From the NCBI GenBank assembly GCA_963811105.1, contig CAWEPZ010000011.1, forward strand, positions 1,120,001 to 1,184,000: DNA of 64,000 nucleotides, in the 5' to 3' direction. The translations under genes were made by a program, and so were the position numbers. The stretch's first letter is position 1; each line of letters starts with the position of its first letter. The notes beneath the pieces are model-generated. The model had not been told where the DNA came from. It did no database searches and saw nothing but the letters and a program-made list of their open reading frames with translations. Source of the stretch: Candidatus Bathyarchaeota archaeon (lineage in GTDB: Archaea > Thermoproteota > Bathyarchaeia > Bathyarchaeales > Bathycorpusculaceae). Positions 21,305-31,064 of this stretch are shown here, one piece after another.

Positions 21305-21721
21305 ATGGTAAAAGTTGAAGCAAACGAAGTGCCGGAAGGCCTCTATTACTCTAAAGATTTTGAATGGATAAAAATCGAGGAAGACAAAGTTCGAATGGGC
21401 ATCACTGACTACGCCCAGAAGTCGCTGCGAGAAATTGTTTATGCCGAATTGCCAAGCGTCGGAACAGAAGTCAAGCAAGGCGAACCATACGGAACGTTGG
21501 AGTCTGTTAAAGCAGTTTCAGACCTAGTTGCAGCCTTAAGCGGAACAATCCAAGAAGTTAACGAAGAAGTCCAATCAAAACCTGAAACACTCAACGAAGA
21601 CCCATATGTAAAAGGATGGTTAATCGTTATCAAACCATCAAACTTACAAGCAGAACTTGCAAACCTAATGGACTTCAACAATGCGGTTGAGTGGCACAAA
21701 GCTCAATCCCAATCAAAATAG
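21305..21721 (+). CDS. gcvH: Glycine cleavage H protein / lipoyl carrier
   Basis: GITDYAQ, ESVKAVSD (lipoyl Lys), NEDPY..GW. Confidence 0.93.
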   Translation: MVKVEANEVPEGLYYSKDFEWIKIEEDKVRMGITDYAQKSLREIVYAELPSVGTEVKQGEPYGTLESVKAVSDLVAALSGTIQEVNEEVQSKPETLNEDPYVKGWLIVIKPSNLQAELANLMDFNNAVEWHKAQSQSK

Positions 21722-21737
21722 TCCGAAGGCAAAGTAG

Positions 21738-23084
21738 ATGGCCAGACGCATTATTGTTATTGGAGCTAATGCTTCAGGTGTAGAGGCAGCTTCAGCGGCA
21801 CGCAAAAAAGACCGAACAGCAGAAATCACATTGATCACTCAAGAGAAGAATGCGGGTTACTCACGTTGCGGCTTACCCTTCGTTATAGGCGGTCACATTG
21901 CAAGTTTTCATGATTTGATTGTTTACCCACCAGCGTACTTCCAAATGTTAAAGCTGAATTTACGAAACGAAACAAAAGCAACAGCAATCAACGCCAAAGA
22001 CAAAACTGTAACCATAACCACCAAAGAGGGAGCCACCGAAGTTCTCCCATACGATAGCCTAGTAATTGCAACTGGCGCTGACTCATTTACTCCTCCGATT
22101 AAGGGTAGAGAAAAACCCGGCGTCTTGAGCCTAAGAGGCATAGAAGACGGCGAAAAAATTGATGCAGCCGTCAAAGCCGGCGCAAAATCAGCCGTCATTA
22201 TGGGGGCTGGTTTAATCGGTTTGGAAGTAGGCGTTGGCTTGATGGAGAAAGGCTTAACAGTTACCGTCTTAGAAATGCTACCCCAGATTTTGCCGCAATT
22301 GCTAGATGCAGACATGGCAAAGATGGTTCAGGAGCACTTAGAACAGAAAGGTATGCGTATATTAATAAGTAAAGGCGTCGAGGAATTCTTAGGCGAGGAC
22401 AAAGTCACCGCGGTTATGGCTGGCGGCGAAAAAATTGAAGCAGACCTTTTCATCAGCGCTTTTGGCGTGAGGGCAAACACGAAGCTTGCTGCTGATGCAG
22501 GCATACCACTTGGTGAGACCAGAGCAATCAAAACTAATGGACGTATGGAAACGGACGTGAAAGATGTTTACGCTGTTGGCGATTGCGCGGAAGCTCCAAA
22601 CATGATTACGCATCGGCCTATGTGTGCTCAACTTGGCACAATTGCGGTTAGGCAGGGTAAGGTTGCTGGGGCAAACGCTGGAGGCGACTACTCGTTGTTT
22701 ACAGGCATCTTAGCTTCCGCAGTTACAAGGCTGTTTGAGATTGAAGCAGGTAACACAGGCTTAACCGAAACCTCAGCTGCACGTAACCGCATTGAAGTCG
22801 TCACTGGAGCAATAAGCAGCAAAACCAAAGCAGATTACTTCCCAGGCGCCAAACCCATCAAAGTCAAACTCGTCGTTGAAAAAGAATCGCAACGCATAGT
22901 AGGCGGCCAAGTCATCGGCGGAGAAGAAGTTACCCAACGCATAAACTGCCTGAGCTTCGCTATACAAAAAGGCATGACGGTACGTGAACTAGCCAAAGCA
23001 GATACAGCCTACGCGCCACCACTTTGCGAAACATGGGAACCCATGGTTCTAGCCGCTGAAATGGTACTAATGAAGATGCGATAA
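21738..23084 (+). CDS. NADH oxidase / CoA-disulfide reductase family flavoprotein
   Basis: YSRCGLPF single redox Cys, GAGLIGLE, VYAVGDC, C-terminal YAPP. Confidence 0.88.
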   Translation: MARRIIVIGANASGVEAASAARKKDRTAEITLITQEKNAGYSRCGLPFVIGGHIASFHDLIVYPPAYFQMLKLNLRNETKATAINAKDKTVTITTKEGATEVLPYDSLVIATGADSFTPPIKGREKPGVLSLRGIEDGEKIDAAVKAGAKSAVIMGAGLIGLEVGVGLMEKGLTVTVLEMLPQILPQLLDADMAKMVQEHLEQKGMRILISKGVEEFLGEDKVTAVMAGGEKIEADLFISAFGVRANTKLAADAGIPLGETRAIKTNGRMETDVKDVYAVGDCAEAPNMITHRPMCAQLGTIAVRQGKVAGANAGGDYSLFTGILASAVTRLFEIEAGNTGLTETSAARNRIEVVTGAISSKTKADYFPGAKPIKVKLVVEKESQRIVGGQVIGGEEVTQRINCLSFAIQKGMTVRELAKADTAYAPPLCETWEPMVLAAEMVLMKMR

Positions 23085-23158
23085 ACGATCTTTCTTTTTT
23101 TCATTTTTTTGAACCTAGTTTTATTAATTTAGTTAGCGGGTATATATCGTGAGTTAAT

Positions 23159-23716
23159 ATGAGGACTTTAATTGTTTATGGAACCCGCTACGGAGCAACA
23201 ATCACTACTTCTGAGGAAATTGCGACGGTTCTTCGTGAGCAAGGTTTTGATGTTAAAGTCGTGAATGCGAAGAAAGAGAAAATCAAGGATATCTCTCCGT
23301 TTGACCTTATCATTGTCGGAAGTGGAATGCAGATGGGCAGGTGGACGGGTGAAGCGGAGGATTTTTTGAAGAGGTTCCAGAAAGAACTCGCTCAGAAGAA
23401 AGTTGCGATTTTTGTTTCTTCAATGAAGACTGTTTCCGAACGTGAAGGGAAAACAGAAGAGTTAACAAAGTCACGTAAGATTGATTTGGACGACAAAATT
23501 GTAAAGTACGGATTGCACCCTGTCGCCGTAGGGTTTTTCGGCGGCGTTTTAGACTTCAACAAAATGAACATTATTACCCGCAGAACTTTCGGTTTTGTCA
23601 GGCCTCAGCTGGAAAAGGACGGCTTCAAAGAGGCGCCATCTGGGGTATATGATTTGCGGGACTGGGAAGAAATTCGTGGGTGGGCCAAAGAACTTGTCGT
23701 CAACGCAAAGCAGTAG
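23159..23716 (+). CDS. Flavodoxin-domain (HemG-like) protein
   Basis: IVYGTRYGAT, IIVGS, FFGG, DLRDWEEIRGWA. Confidence 0.85.
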   Translation: MRTLIVYGTRYGATITTSEEIATVLREQGFDVKVVNAKKEKIKDISPFDLIIVGSGMQMGRWTGEAEDFLKRFQKELAQKKVAIFVSSMKTVSEREGKTEELTKSRKIDLDDKIVKYGLHPVAVGFFGGVLDFNKMNIITRRTFGFVRPQLEKDGFKEAPSGVYDLRDWEEIRGWAKELVVNAKQ

Positions 23717-23757
23717 CAGACATTAATCTTTTAGCAAGTAATTTGATGAGGTGGATT

Positions 23758-25575
23758 TTAAAGGAGGTATGCTTCTGTGATGTACCTACGTACGACCCAT
23801 TGTGTTTGGAAGTAGTAGGCTATTTTTGCAATCGAGTTTTTCATGAGTGTTATCCAAGCGTCTTTTTGATTATAATAAGTTGGAATGATTAGGTATTCGA
23901 GTTTACTATAAAGGTCTTGAAGCTCTAATTCACGTCTTTCGCTTTCAATCAATAGCTCTCTAGGGTGGGGTCCTATGGCCCATCCGGTCACGCCTTCGAT
24001 GCAGCCTTCCATCCACCAACCATCTAGAACGCTAAAGTTTATGACACCATTGTGGGCAGCTTTCATACCGCTAGTTCCAGAAGCCTCTAAAGGCGGCAAA
24101 GGAGTGTTAAGCCAAACATCAACACCTGAAGTAAGCTTAGCTGCAACATCCATGTTATAGTTTTCAAGGTAAACTATGCTAATTTGATCTTTCAACATAT
24201 TTGCATAGTCGTGAATTTGCCTTATGAGTTTCTTTCCGTCGGTGTCTTTTGGGTGTGCTTTTCCCGCGAATATCATTTGGATTTTCTCTTTCCGATTGAT
24301 GTCGGTCAGCCTGTGTGGGTCGGAAAAGATTAGGGTTGAGCGTTTGTATCCTGTGGCTCTTCTAGCGAAGCCTATTGTCAAGGCTTGCGGGTCGAGTTTT
24401 ACCCCGTTTGTTTTTTCTACGAAAGTCAGCAGATTGGTTTTTGCTTTTGTGTGGGCATCCCAAACTTCTCGGTTGGGAATTTCGCTGGCTTTTGCAAGTA
24501 ATATAGGTTCGTTGGTCCAACCTTGGATGTATTTGTCAAAGAGCTGTCTGAAGTAAATGCTTGTCCATGTGTAAGAGTGGACGCCGTTGGTGACTGCACG
24601 GATGTAGCGACCTGGGAAAAGTTTTCTGGAGTAATCTACATGTGCTAAGGAGACGCCGTTAATGTATTTACTTAAGTTTAATGCTAGTAAAGCCATGTTT
24701 AGATTTTCTGTTCCTGCATATTGTTTCATGTCAGAAAGCAACATGTATTCTTTGCCTAGCACTTGTTGGACAAGTTCGTAGCTGAACTGGTCGAATGCGG
24801 CTTCAACTGGACTGTGTGTAGTGAAAACGCACAGGTTTCGAACTTTTTCTGAATCCATTCCGTTATCTTTCAAGAGTTCAAATGTTAGAAGACTGGAGTG
24901 GCCTTCGTTCATGTGGTATTTTCTGATTTTGAAGGGCAGGTTTTTTAGGACTTTGATTCCGCCTATGCCAAGAACAATTTCTTGCTTTAGTCTGTAGTTT
25001 CTATCGCCACCGTACAAGGAATCTGTGATCCGTCTGTCTTCAGGGGCATTTCCCTCCATGTCGGTGTCTAGAAAAATAATTGGGACCATTCCACCCGTGA
25101 TGCTTTGATACTCATGCAGCCAAGCTTGGACTTTGACTGGACGGTTTTCGATGGTTACAGTGACTATTTTGGGCATTCGGGTTAGGGTTTTTGCTGGGTC
25201 CCACTCATCTGGAAGCTCAAGCTGCTCCCCTAGCTCAGTTAATTTTTGTCTGAAGTAGCCTTTCCTGCTTACAAGTGTAATGGCAACCATTTGGAGACGT
25301 AGGTCTGCACTGGATTTCACAATATCGCCTGCTAAAACACCTAAGCCACCGCTGTAGGTTGGCATGTCACATGATACGCCTATTTCCATTGAGAAGTATG
25401 CAATTCTGGGATCATCCTGGAAGTGCCGTCGACAATTTTCATTGCAGAAACAGTATTTCTTGCCCCCGAACCCGTCGCATGCTACTTCCATTCTTGAGAG
25501 CGGGTTCTCCGCATCTATCTGAATTCCGCAAACAGGGCATCTTAAAGAACCAGAATTATCCAAACTCAGCACCAT
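23758..25575 (-). CDS. glgP: Alpha-glucan phosphorylase with N-terminal YHS/TRASH-like domain
   Basis: IAYFSMEIG, YSGGLGVLAGD, HMNEGH, FARRATGYKR, EASGTSGMK; N-terminal CPVCG...YCFCNENC. Confidence 0.92.
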   Translation of the reverse strand: MVLSLDNSGSLRCPVCGIQIDAENPLSRMEVACDGFGGKKYCFCNENCRRHFQDDPRIAYFSMEIGVSCDMPTYSGGLGVLAGDIVKSSADLRLQMVAITLVSRKGYFRQKLTELGEQLELPDEWDPAKTLTRMPKIVTVTIENRPVKVQAWLHEYQSITGGMVPIIFLDTDMEGNAPEDRRITDSLYGGDRNYRLKQEIVLGIGGIKVLKNLPFKIRKYHMNEGHSSLLTFELLKDNGMDSEKVRNLCVFTTHSPVEAAFDQFSYELVQQVLGKEYMLLSDMKQYAGTENLNMALLALNLSKYINGVSLAHVDYSRKLFPGRYIRAVTNGVHSYTWTSIYFRQLFDKYIQGWTNEPILLAKASEIPNREVWDAHTKAKTNLLTFVEKTNGVKLDPQALTIGFARRATGYKRSTLIFSDPHRLTDINRKEKIQMIFAGKAHPKDTDGKKLIRQIHDYANMLKDQISIVYLENYNMDVAAKLTSGVDVWLNTPLPPLEASGTSGMKAAHNGVINFSVLDGWWMEGCIEGVTGWAIGPHPRELLIESERRELELQDLYSKLEYLIIPTYYNQKDAWITLMKNSIAKIAYYFQTQWVVRRYITEAYLL

Positions 25576-25701
25576 CGAAGAAAACCCATTCTTCCCGCAA
25601 AGATATATGTCTATTGTATTGAACAGTGCATGCGCTAAAGCCCTTTAGAATTGGAATTATGAAAAAGTAAAAGAATTAAACCAAGCTAAGTTTAACCGTA
25701 T

Positions 25702-26160
25702 TTATCCTATTTGCGATGTGCCTGGCTGAGTAAATGGCTCGGTCATACCGACCAATAATTTTCCAAAAGTGTTTATATGATTCTCTTCTTCAGCTAAAAT
25801 TTCTTCCAGCATCCGTCTAGTTGTGTAGTCACCTACTTCCGTCGCAGCTTGAATTGCCTGTTTGTAAAGGGTTATGGCTTCTTCCTCGTTCAGCTCATCT
25901 TGCCTGAGCATTTCGATTAAGCTGCCTCCCACGAAAATAGGGTCAGGTTTTATCGTTGGGACGCCGTTGAGGTAGTCTAAACGTTCAGCGAGCTGTTCGG
26001 CATGTTTCATTTCAGCAATGGCTGTTTTGCGGAAAATATCTTCGACAATGACGCCGTCTGTGCCTGTTACTTGGACGTGTTGCCACATGTATTGTATACT
26101 AACTTGGAGTTCACGGGCTATGGCTTTGTTTAAAAAATCTAAAAGCTTGTTAGAAAACAA
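25702..26160 (-). CDS. Bacterioferritin/ferritin-like protein
   Basis: RELQVSIQY, EMKHA, EEEAITLY, EEENH ferroxidase pattern; TTG start after SD AGGTGA. Confidence 0.88.
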   Translation of the reverse strand: MFSNKLLDFLNKAIARELQVSIQYMWQHVQVTGTDGVIVEDIFRKTAIAEMKHAEQLAERLDYLNGVPTIKPDPIFVGGSLIEMLRQDELNEEEAITLYKQAIQAATEVGDYTTRRMLEEILAEEENHINTFGKLLVGMTEPFTQPGTSQIG

Positions 26161-26292
26161 AATTTCACCTAAAAAGAGAAAGTTGCCCGAATATTTAAAT
26201 ATCAACCAAATCAGCGATGAGCAAACCTTTCCATGCTAAACGACCATGTGATTGGTTTAATGCTTAAAAGGAAAAAAGTCTTATCTTGAGGC

Positions 26293-27231
26293 ATGGTTTC
26301 CAATTCAATTAGCCCTTTTCAAGCTTTCTTAATGGTTTTGCTGATTATTTTCTGGGGAAGCTCCTTTGTCGTTGTCAAGGAACTCTTAGGAAACGGACTT
26401 TCGCCTATTGCCATTGCTACATTTAGGTTTTTGGTTGCGGGCGCCTTCTTCCTTCTCGCCCTTGCCGCTAAGAAACGTGTAAGCCCTCATTATAAGCTTG
26501 GTGTCCAAAGAAAAGATGGCCTAACTTTGCTGGCATTGGCGTTAACTGGCGTAACATTCTTCTTCACGATCCAATACACAGGAATCCAATTAGCAGGGGC
26601 ATCGATTGCAGCAATACTTGTCTGCCTCTTATCGCCCATCTTAATCACTGTTTTTTCAACCCGACTGTTCGGAGACCATTTAAGAAAAAGACAAATCGCC
26701 GGCATAATAACCGCTGTTGTTGGCACGTTGCTAGTGGTTTCAGTTGACATTTTGAATCCGGAGGGAAGCATGACTTTTTTGCTGGGCACTTTGATTCTGC
26801 TTTCGACGCCAGTGATGTGGGCAGCATACAGCCTGCTTGGGGAGAAAATCATGAAGAAATATGATGCTTTCCTAGTGGTTGCTTACGTTAGTTTTTTGGG
26901 TGGACTATGCTTGATTCCTTTCTCGTTGGCTGACAACTCATTCTTTCAAATATTCACCTTAACAACCAGTCAGTGGCTAGGCATACTGTACCTATCTATC
27001 ACGTGTTCTCTGCTGGGATACTACATTTGGTTCTACGTACTAAAAAGCGCGGGATCAACAGCAACCAGCTTTCTGTTCGCCGAACCCCTTGTCACCGCTT
27101 TTTTCGCCGTCATGTTCGCCAACGAAATATTATATCCAGGGGTTTTTGCTGGTGCCGTCTTGATTTTTGTTGGAGTTTTCTTTGTGACGACTAAAAAGGC
27201 GCAGGGCAGAGCTAAGGCGGCAACGGTTTAG
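26293..27231 (+). CDS. EamA/DMT family transporter
   Basis: About 10 TM helices, FWGSSF...RF signature. Confidence 0.88.
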   Translation: MVSNSISPFQAFLMVLLIIFWGSSFVVVKELLGNGLSPIAIATFRFLVAGAFFLLALAAKKRVSPHYKLGVQRKDGLTLLALALTGVTFFFTIQYTGIQLAGASIAAILVCLLSPILITVFSTRLFGDHLRKRQIAGIITAVVGTLLVVSVDILNPEGSMTFLLGTLILLSTPVMWAAYSLLGEKIMKKYDAFLVVAYVSFLGGLCLIPFSLADNSFFQIFTLTTSQWLGILYLSITCSLLGYYIWFYVLKSAGSTATSFLFAEPLVTAFFAVMFANEILYPGVFAGAVLIFVGVFFVTTKKAQGRAKAATV

Positions 27232-27309
27232 AGGAAAAATTCTAATATGAACCAATGCAGTTTCTTAATCCAAACAGCTTAAATCAAGCCTCACATAAGC
27301 AAAAGGTGC

Positions 27310-27387
27310 GGGCCGGTCGTCTAGCCTGGTTAGGACGTTGGCTTTACACGCCAAAGGTCGCCGGTTCAAGTCCGGCTCGGCCCACCA
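27310..27387 (+). tRNA. tRNA-Val (UAC), CCA encoded
   Basis: GGGCCGGTCGTCTAGCCTGGTTAGGA; TTGGC-TT-TAC-AC-GCCAA anticodon arm; GGTTCAAGTCC T arm; ends ACCA. Confidence 0.95.
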
Positions 27388-27702
27388 TTCAATTTTGGCA
27401 CTCTTGATTTTGAGACTAATCTTATAAGCACAAAACCACGAAGTCGCATTTCTTCTCAGATCGAAAACGTTTCATCTACGTTAAACACCAAGTTTGGATT
27501 TTTAGTTCTAAAGAAAAATTGGAGGAAAACCTCAATGACGAACGTTGCCATAGAATACAAAAACGCAACCATGAAAAATTGCGCCTATTTGCTGCTTCTA
27601 GTAGACCCGGAGTATAGACAGTGAGAGAGGCATAGAAACCAAGAAGGCGCGAAGAAAAAAAGGGGAAATTTGGCATTGAATCTTGCCATTACATTTTGGA
27701 TT

Positions 27703-28638
27703 TTAACGCATAACTTGCTGAGAAGAGCTCCATGTGTCCTCCACTATTTGCTCAATTTCTGTTAGCACCAATGTTAAACTACGGCCACTGCTGGTTAAGC
27801 TGTAAGTTTTCGGTGTTCTCCTTAAGAAAACCAGTTTCTTGCGCTTCAAACGCTTAAGATACTTGTAGGTTCCTCGAACGCCAAACCCAGTTTTGAGTGC
27901 AAGTTTTCCAACGGAAATCCCTTCCTCCTTAGCAAGAGCATTGTAAATTTTCTGTTCTGTTGCGTTCAAGGTTTCCTTGTTTGGATCTCGCTTTGATTTA
28001 AAGAAGAATATGTACTCTCTACCTCCTGAGACATCTATCAAACCAGCTGAGAGCAGGCGTTTGAGGACTCGTGAAGTAATGTTTAGAGCCATGAACGGTT
28101 CCAATTCTTGAAACGTTTTAGGTCCCCAAAGCAAGGTTTGCAAAAGTGCTTCCTCATGGCATTCTGAGTGAGCAGATAATTTTAGGGCAAATTCTGGGAA
28201 TCCGCAGATCTCTTTGTTTATACGACAGCCAAACGAGGTTGCATAATACTCTTCGCGAGCTTCATCAGCTAAGCCTACCCCAATAAGAGGGCGAATGCAT
28301 TTTTCGTTAATGGTGTCCTGGCCATAAATGTAGCCGATTTTTCTTAGTTGCCCTTGAAGCTTGCCCACAGAACAGCGCTCATGGCTGATTGCCTGCAGAA
28401 TATAAAGCCGGGTCTCGCTTTTTAGCACGTTGAAAAGCTCTTTTACATAGTCAGGGTGATCCATGGTTTCGCTAAGTCGTCTTAGCTCGTTTTTTAACTT
28501 ATACACTTGGCAGCGTCTTATGCAGTCTAAGGGAGTAATTGGCCTGCAGTTTCTGCATTGAGCTTCAAGCGATTCTAAGGTTCCTTGAAGGCTGCGGTTT
28601 TCTTCTGTTTTTAAGACAGGCGACAATATAGTTGTCAT
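27703..28638 (-). CDS. Multi winged-helix protein with N-terminal Cys cluster (putative regulator)
   Basis: CRNC-x7-C-x3-C followed by three wHTH-like repeats (TRLYILQAI; VLKRLLSAGLI; YKYLKRLKRKKLV...YSLTSSG). Confidence 0.7.
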   Translation of the reverse strand: MTTILSPVLKTEENRSLQGTLESLEAQCRNCRPITPLDCIRRCQVYKLKNELRRLSETMDHPDYVKELFNVLKSETRLYILQAISHERCSVGKLQGQLRKIGYIYGQDTINEKCIRPLIGVGLADEAREEYYATSFGCRINKEICGFPEFALKLSAHSECHEEALLQTLLWGPKTFQELEPFMALNITSRVLKRLLSAGLIDVSGGREYIFFFKSKRDPNKETLNATEQKIYNALAKEEGISVGKLALKTGFGVRGTYKYLKRLKRKKLVFLRRTPKTYSLTSSGRSLTLVLTEIEQIVEDTWSSSQQVMR

Positions 28639-28776
28639 TGCCTATCTTCCCCAAACCCTAAGTCAAAATCGAAGTGACAAATACTCACAAAATCTAAAAC
28701 TGAAACGAGATTAAACCATTTGCTCATTCAGCTTCCTCAACAGAACCTCCATTGCCATGATGTAAAAAGGGTTCCC

Positions 28777-28820
28777 GTCAAGAATTCTTGACTTAAACTT
28801 AGTCAAACTTTCTTGACTAA
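28777..28820. promoter_or_regulatory. Tandem palindromic operators GTCAA-N6-TTGAC
   Basis: GTCAAGAATTCTTGAC (28777-28792) and TTAGTCAA-ACTTTC-TTGACTAA (28799-28820), just downstream of a minus-strand TTATAAAA. Confidence 0.7.
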
Positions 28821-28906
28821 CATTTCCGGCTAAATTTTTATAACTAGTAAGGGGTCTATCTTTGAAACTCTGGTTTGATTGCAAAAAAAGAAAAAAAGGC
28901 TATAGT

Positions 28907-30145
28907 CTAATGCCGTCTTCTTAGCAACAGAACTGCAATAATAACTGCAGCTATTACTATGACTACAACAACAACTGCATAGTAAACTAAGCTAGACACA
29001 CCTGAACTGCTTGCCAATTGACCGACTGCGTACATATTGCCGTCGTATGAGCCAAAGTATGCAACCCCATTAACTACAGCAGCAGATGAGTATAAGTTAC
29101 CGTTAGTCTGGTAGCTCCAGAGGAACTGCCCTGTTTGCGCATTAAGAGCATATGTTTTGTTATCTAAAGAACCGACATATTCGACGTTTCCAACGATTGA
29201 TGGCGCTGTAAAGATACCTGCGCCAGTCGTGTAAGTCCATTTGATAGCGCCAGTTGCAGCGTCTAAAGCGTACACATTCTTATCAAAAGAACCACCTGTG
29301 TAAACTACTCCGTTGACGAAACCTGGAGAAGCTTGAATACATTGATCGTATCCCGTTGTAACTTTCCACACAAAAGCTCCAATATCAGCATTCAACGCGT
29401 AGGTTTGGTTGTCATAACTACCGATGTAAAGGTTGCCATCACCTATAACTGGAGAAGATTCGACAACACTGTCTGTAGTGTAATTCCATTTTTCGGCGCC
29501 TGTTTGAGCGTCGACAGCGTAGACTTTATGGTCGTACGAACCAAAATAGACTACTCCATTTGATATAGACGGAGAGGAAATAACATATCCACCTGTTGGA
29601 AAGTCCCAAATGACAGCACCATTGGTTGCGTTTAAAGCATAGAGCTTATTGTCGTTTGATCCAATATAGACAATGCCATTCGAAACCACTGGTGAAGTCT
29701 GCACATCGTTGCCAGTAGTGTAATTCCAAACCAAAGAACCATCAGCCGCGTTCAAAGCGTAAACATTTTTGTCATTTGAGCCAATGTAGACAATATTGTT
29801 TATTACGGCGGCAGAAGGATAAATAAAACCACCTGTCTTGAAACTCCAGATTTGCTTGCCATCCTTAGCATTTACAGCATAAACATTCTTGTCAAAAGAA
29901 CCGAAATAAACCACTCCATTGACTACAGCGGGGGAAGACCATACCTTTCCATTAGTCTTGAAAACCCAAAGAGTCTGGTTAGTGCTAGGACCTGTATTTG
30001 TTGAGTAGCCGGTGTGCGCTAAATCATAGTGGAACATTGGCCAAGATTCTGTTTGTTGAGCATTCACAGTAAGGGCAAATAATGAAACAACCGAAATGCA
30101 CAAGATTACTGCCATTAATATTGCGTAAAATTTTTTCATTTTCAT
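28907..30145 (-). CDS. Membrane-anchored PQQ-like beta-propeller surface protein
   Basis: Signal peptide, WPMFHYD, about 8 repeats SSPAVxNGVVYFGSxDxxVYAxNA, C-terminal TM + RRRH. Confidence 0.9.
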   Translation of the reverse strand: MKMKKFYAILMAVILCISVVSLFALTVNAQQTESWPMFHYDLAHTGYSTNTGPSTNQTLWVFKTNGKVWSSPAVVNGVVYFGSFDKNVYAVNAKDGKQIWSFKTGGFIYPSAAVINNIVYIGSNDKNVYALNAADGSLVWNYTTGNDVQTSPVVSNGIVYIGSNDNKLYALNATNGAVIWDFPTGGYVISSPSISNGVVYFGSYDHKVYAVDAQTGAEKWNYTTDSVVESSPVIGDGNLYIGSYDNQTYALNADIGAFVWKVTTGYDQCIQASPGFVNGVVYTGGSFDKNVYALDAATGAIKWTYTTGAGIFTAPSIVGNVEYVGSLDNKTYALNAQTGQFLWSYQTNGNLYSSAAVVNGVAYFGSYDGNMYAVGQLASSSGVSSLVYYAVVVVVIVIAAVIIAVLLLRRRH

Positions 30146-30339
30146 CTAAAACCTATATTAACATAATCAGGTAGTCCCCCAAATAGATTTTGCCCCTAAG
30201 CAATACGGGATTTTTTTAAGCCTCAAATTGTCCTAGAAAATGCTACTTCAAATCGCCCAATGGTAAAGTTTAAGAAAACCGCAGGTTGACTATCTTTACG
30301 AAACGACATTCAAACTATTTTACCAATGGTTGGCACACA

Positions 30340-30744
30340 ATGAAAAAGAAAGTGTTCATATCAGGACCCATTCTGGGCATGGAAAACAATCAAAACTACC
30401 GACAAAAAATCTCTGAAATCATTGTCAAAGCAGGGTTTGACGTTATTGATCCGTGGCTTCGGGAGAGAATTCTCTATAATGGCGACGAAAGATGCTGGTG
30501 GGACAAAGTTCCGACATTTGATTTCGTTCAAAGAGACTTAGACGATGCTGCCAGATGCGACGTCATGGTAGTTTATTTGCCAATACTGTCGGCTGGGGCT
30601 TGTATGGAGCTTTTTTATGCTAAACGCAAAGGCAAGAAAATCATTGTAGTGTCGGAGATTGCGTGTTTAAGCCCTTGGATTATAGCGCATTCCGACATGG
30701 TACTAAAAAATTTTGACCAGCTTGCAGAAGAACTGAAAAAATAG
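30340..30744 (+). CDS. Nucleoside 2-deoxyribosyltransferase-like protein
   Basis: VFISGPI, DL..A..CD, SAGACMELFYA. Confidence 0.8.
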   Translation: MKKKVFISGPILGMENNQNYRQKISEIIVKAGFDVIDPWLRERILYNGDERCWWDKVPTFDFVQRDLDDAARCDVMVVYLPILSAGACMELFYAKRKGKKIIVVSEIACLSPWIIAHSDMVLKNFDQLAEELKK

Positions 30745-30828
30745 AACCCTAAAAATGTTTTTGCTTCTAATTATTTCTAAGTAATTATAGAAGCACTGCT
30801 TTGACGAATTGTTTTTTGGTGTTTTGAC

Positions 30829-30999
30829 TTATCTTATGGCTTCGTCTATTCTTGAATCACGCTTGGTTCTTGTGACTTCCTTGAAAAGTTCCAAGCATTC
30901 TTCCTTGGTGGGTGCTTCGATCCCAATGCTACCATAAGCACCTATGTCAATTCTATATTTTCTGTCTTTTCTCTCTCTATCCTCAACCTGCGGTTCCGT
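30829..30999 (-). CDS. Candidate small protein (56 aa) with no canonical start
   Basis: (M)EPQVEDRERKDRKYRIDIGAYGSIGIEAPTKEECLELFKEVTRTKRDSRIDEAIR; SD-like GAGGGGGAG upstream; in-frame TAA upstream leaves ACG as the likely start. Confidence 0.5.
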   Translation of the reverse strand, partial: TEPQVEDRERKDRKYRIDIGAYGSIGIEAPTKEECLELFKEVTRTKRDSRIDEAIR

Positions 31000-31064
31000 A
31001 AACTTCTCCCCCTCTTATTAGCCCTATATGGACAGTAGATTATTAGTAAATTAATGTGTACGGC

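Noticed and set aside
27476-27676. 66-aa ORF or att site after tRNA-Val
   Set aside because: No protein-like features, and no duplicated tRNA 3' end was spotted.
28907-30145. ~120-nt periodic repeats as a CRISPR or DNA repeat array
   Set aside because: Degenerate in-frame beta-propeller blades. No CRISPR array was seen anywhere in the window.
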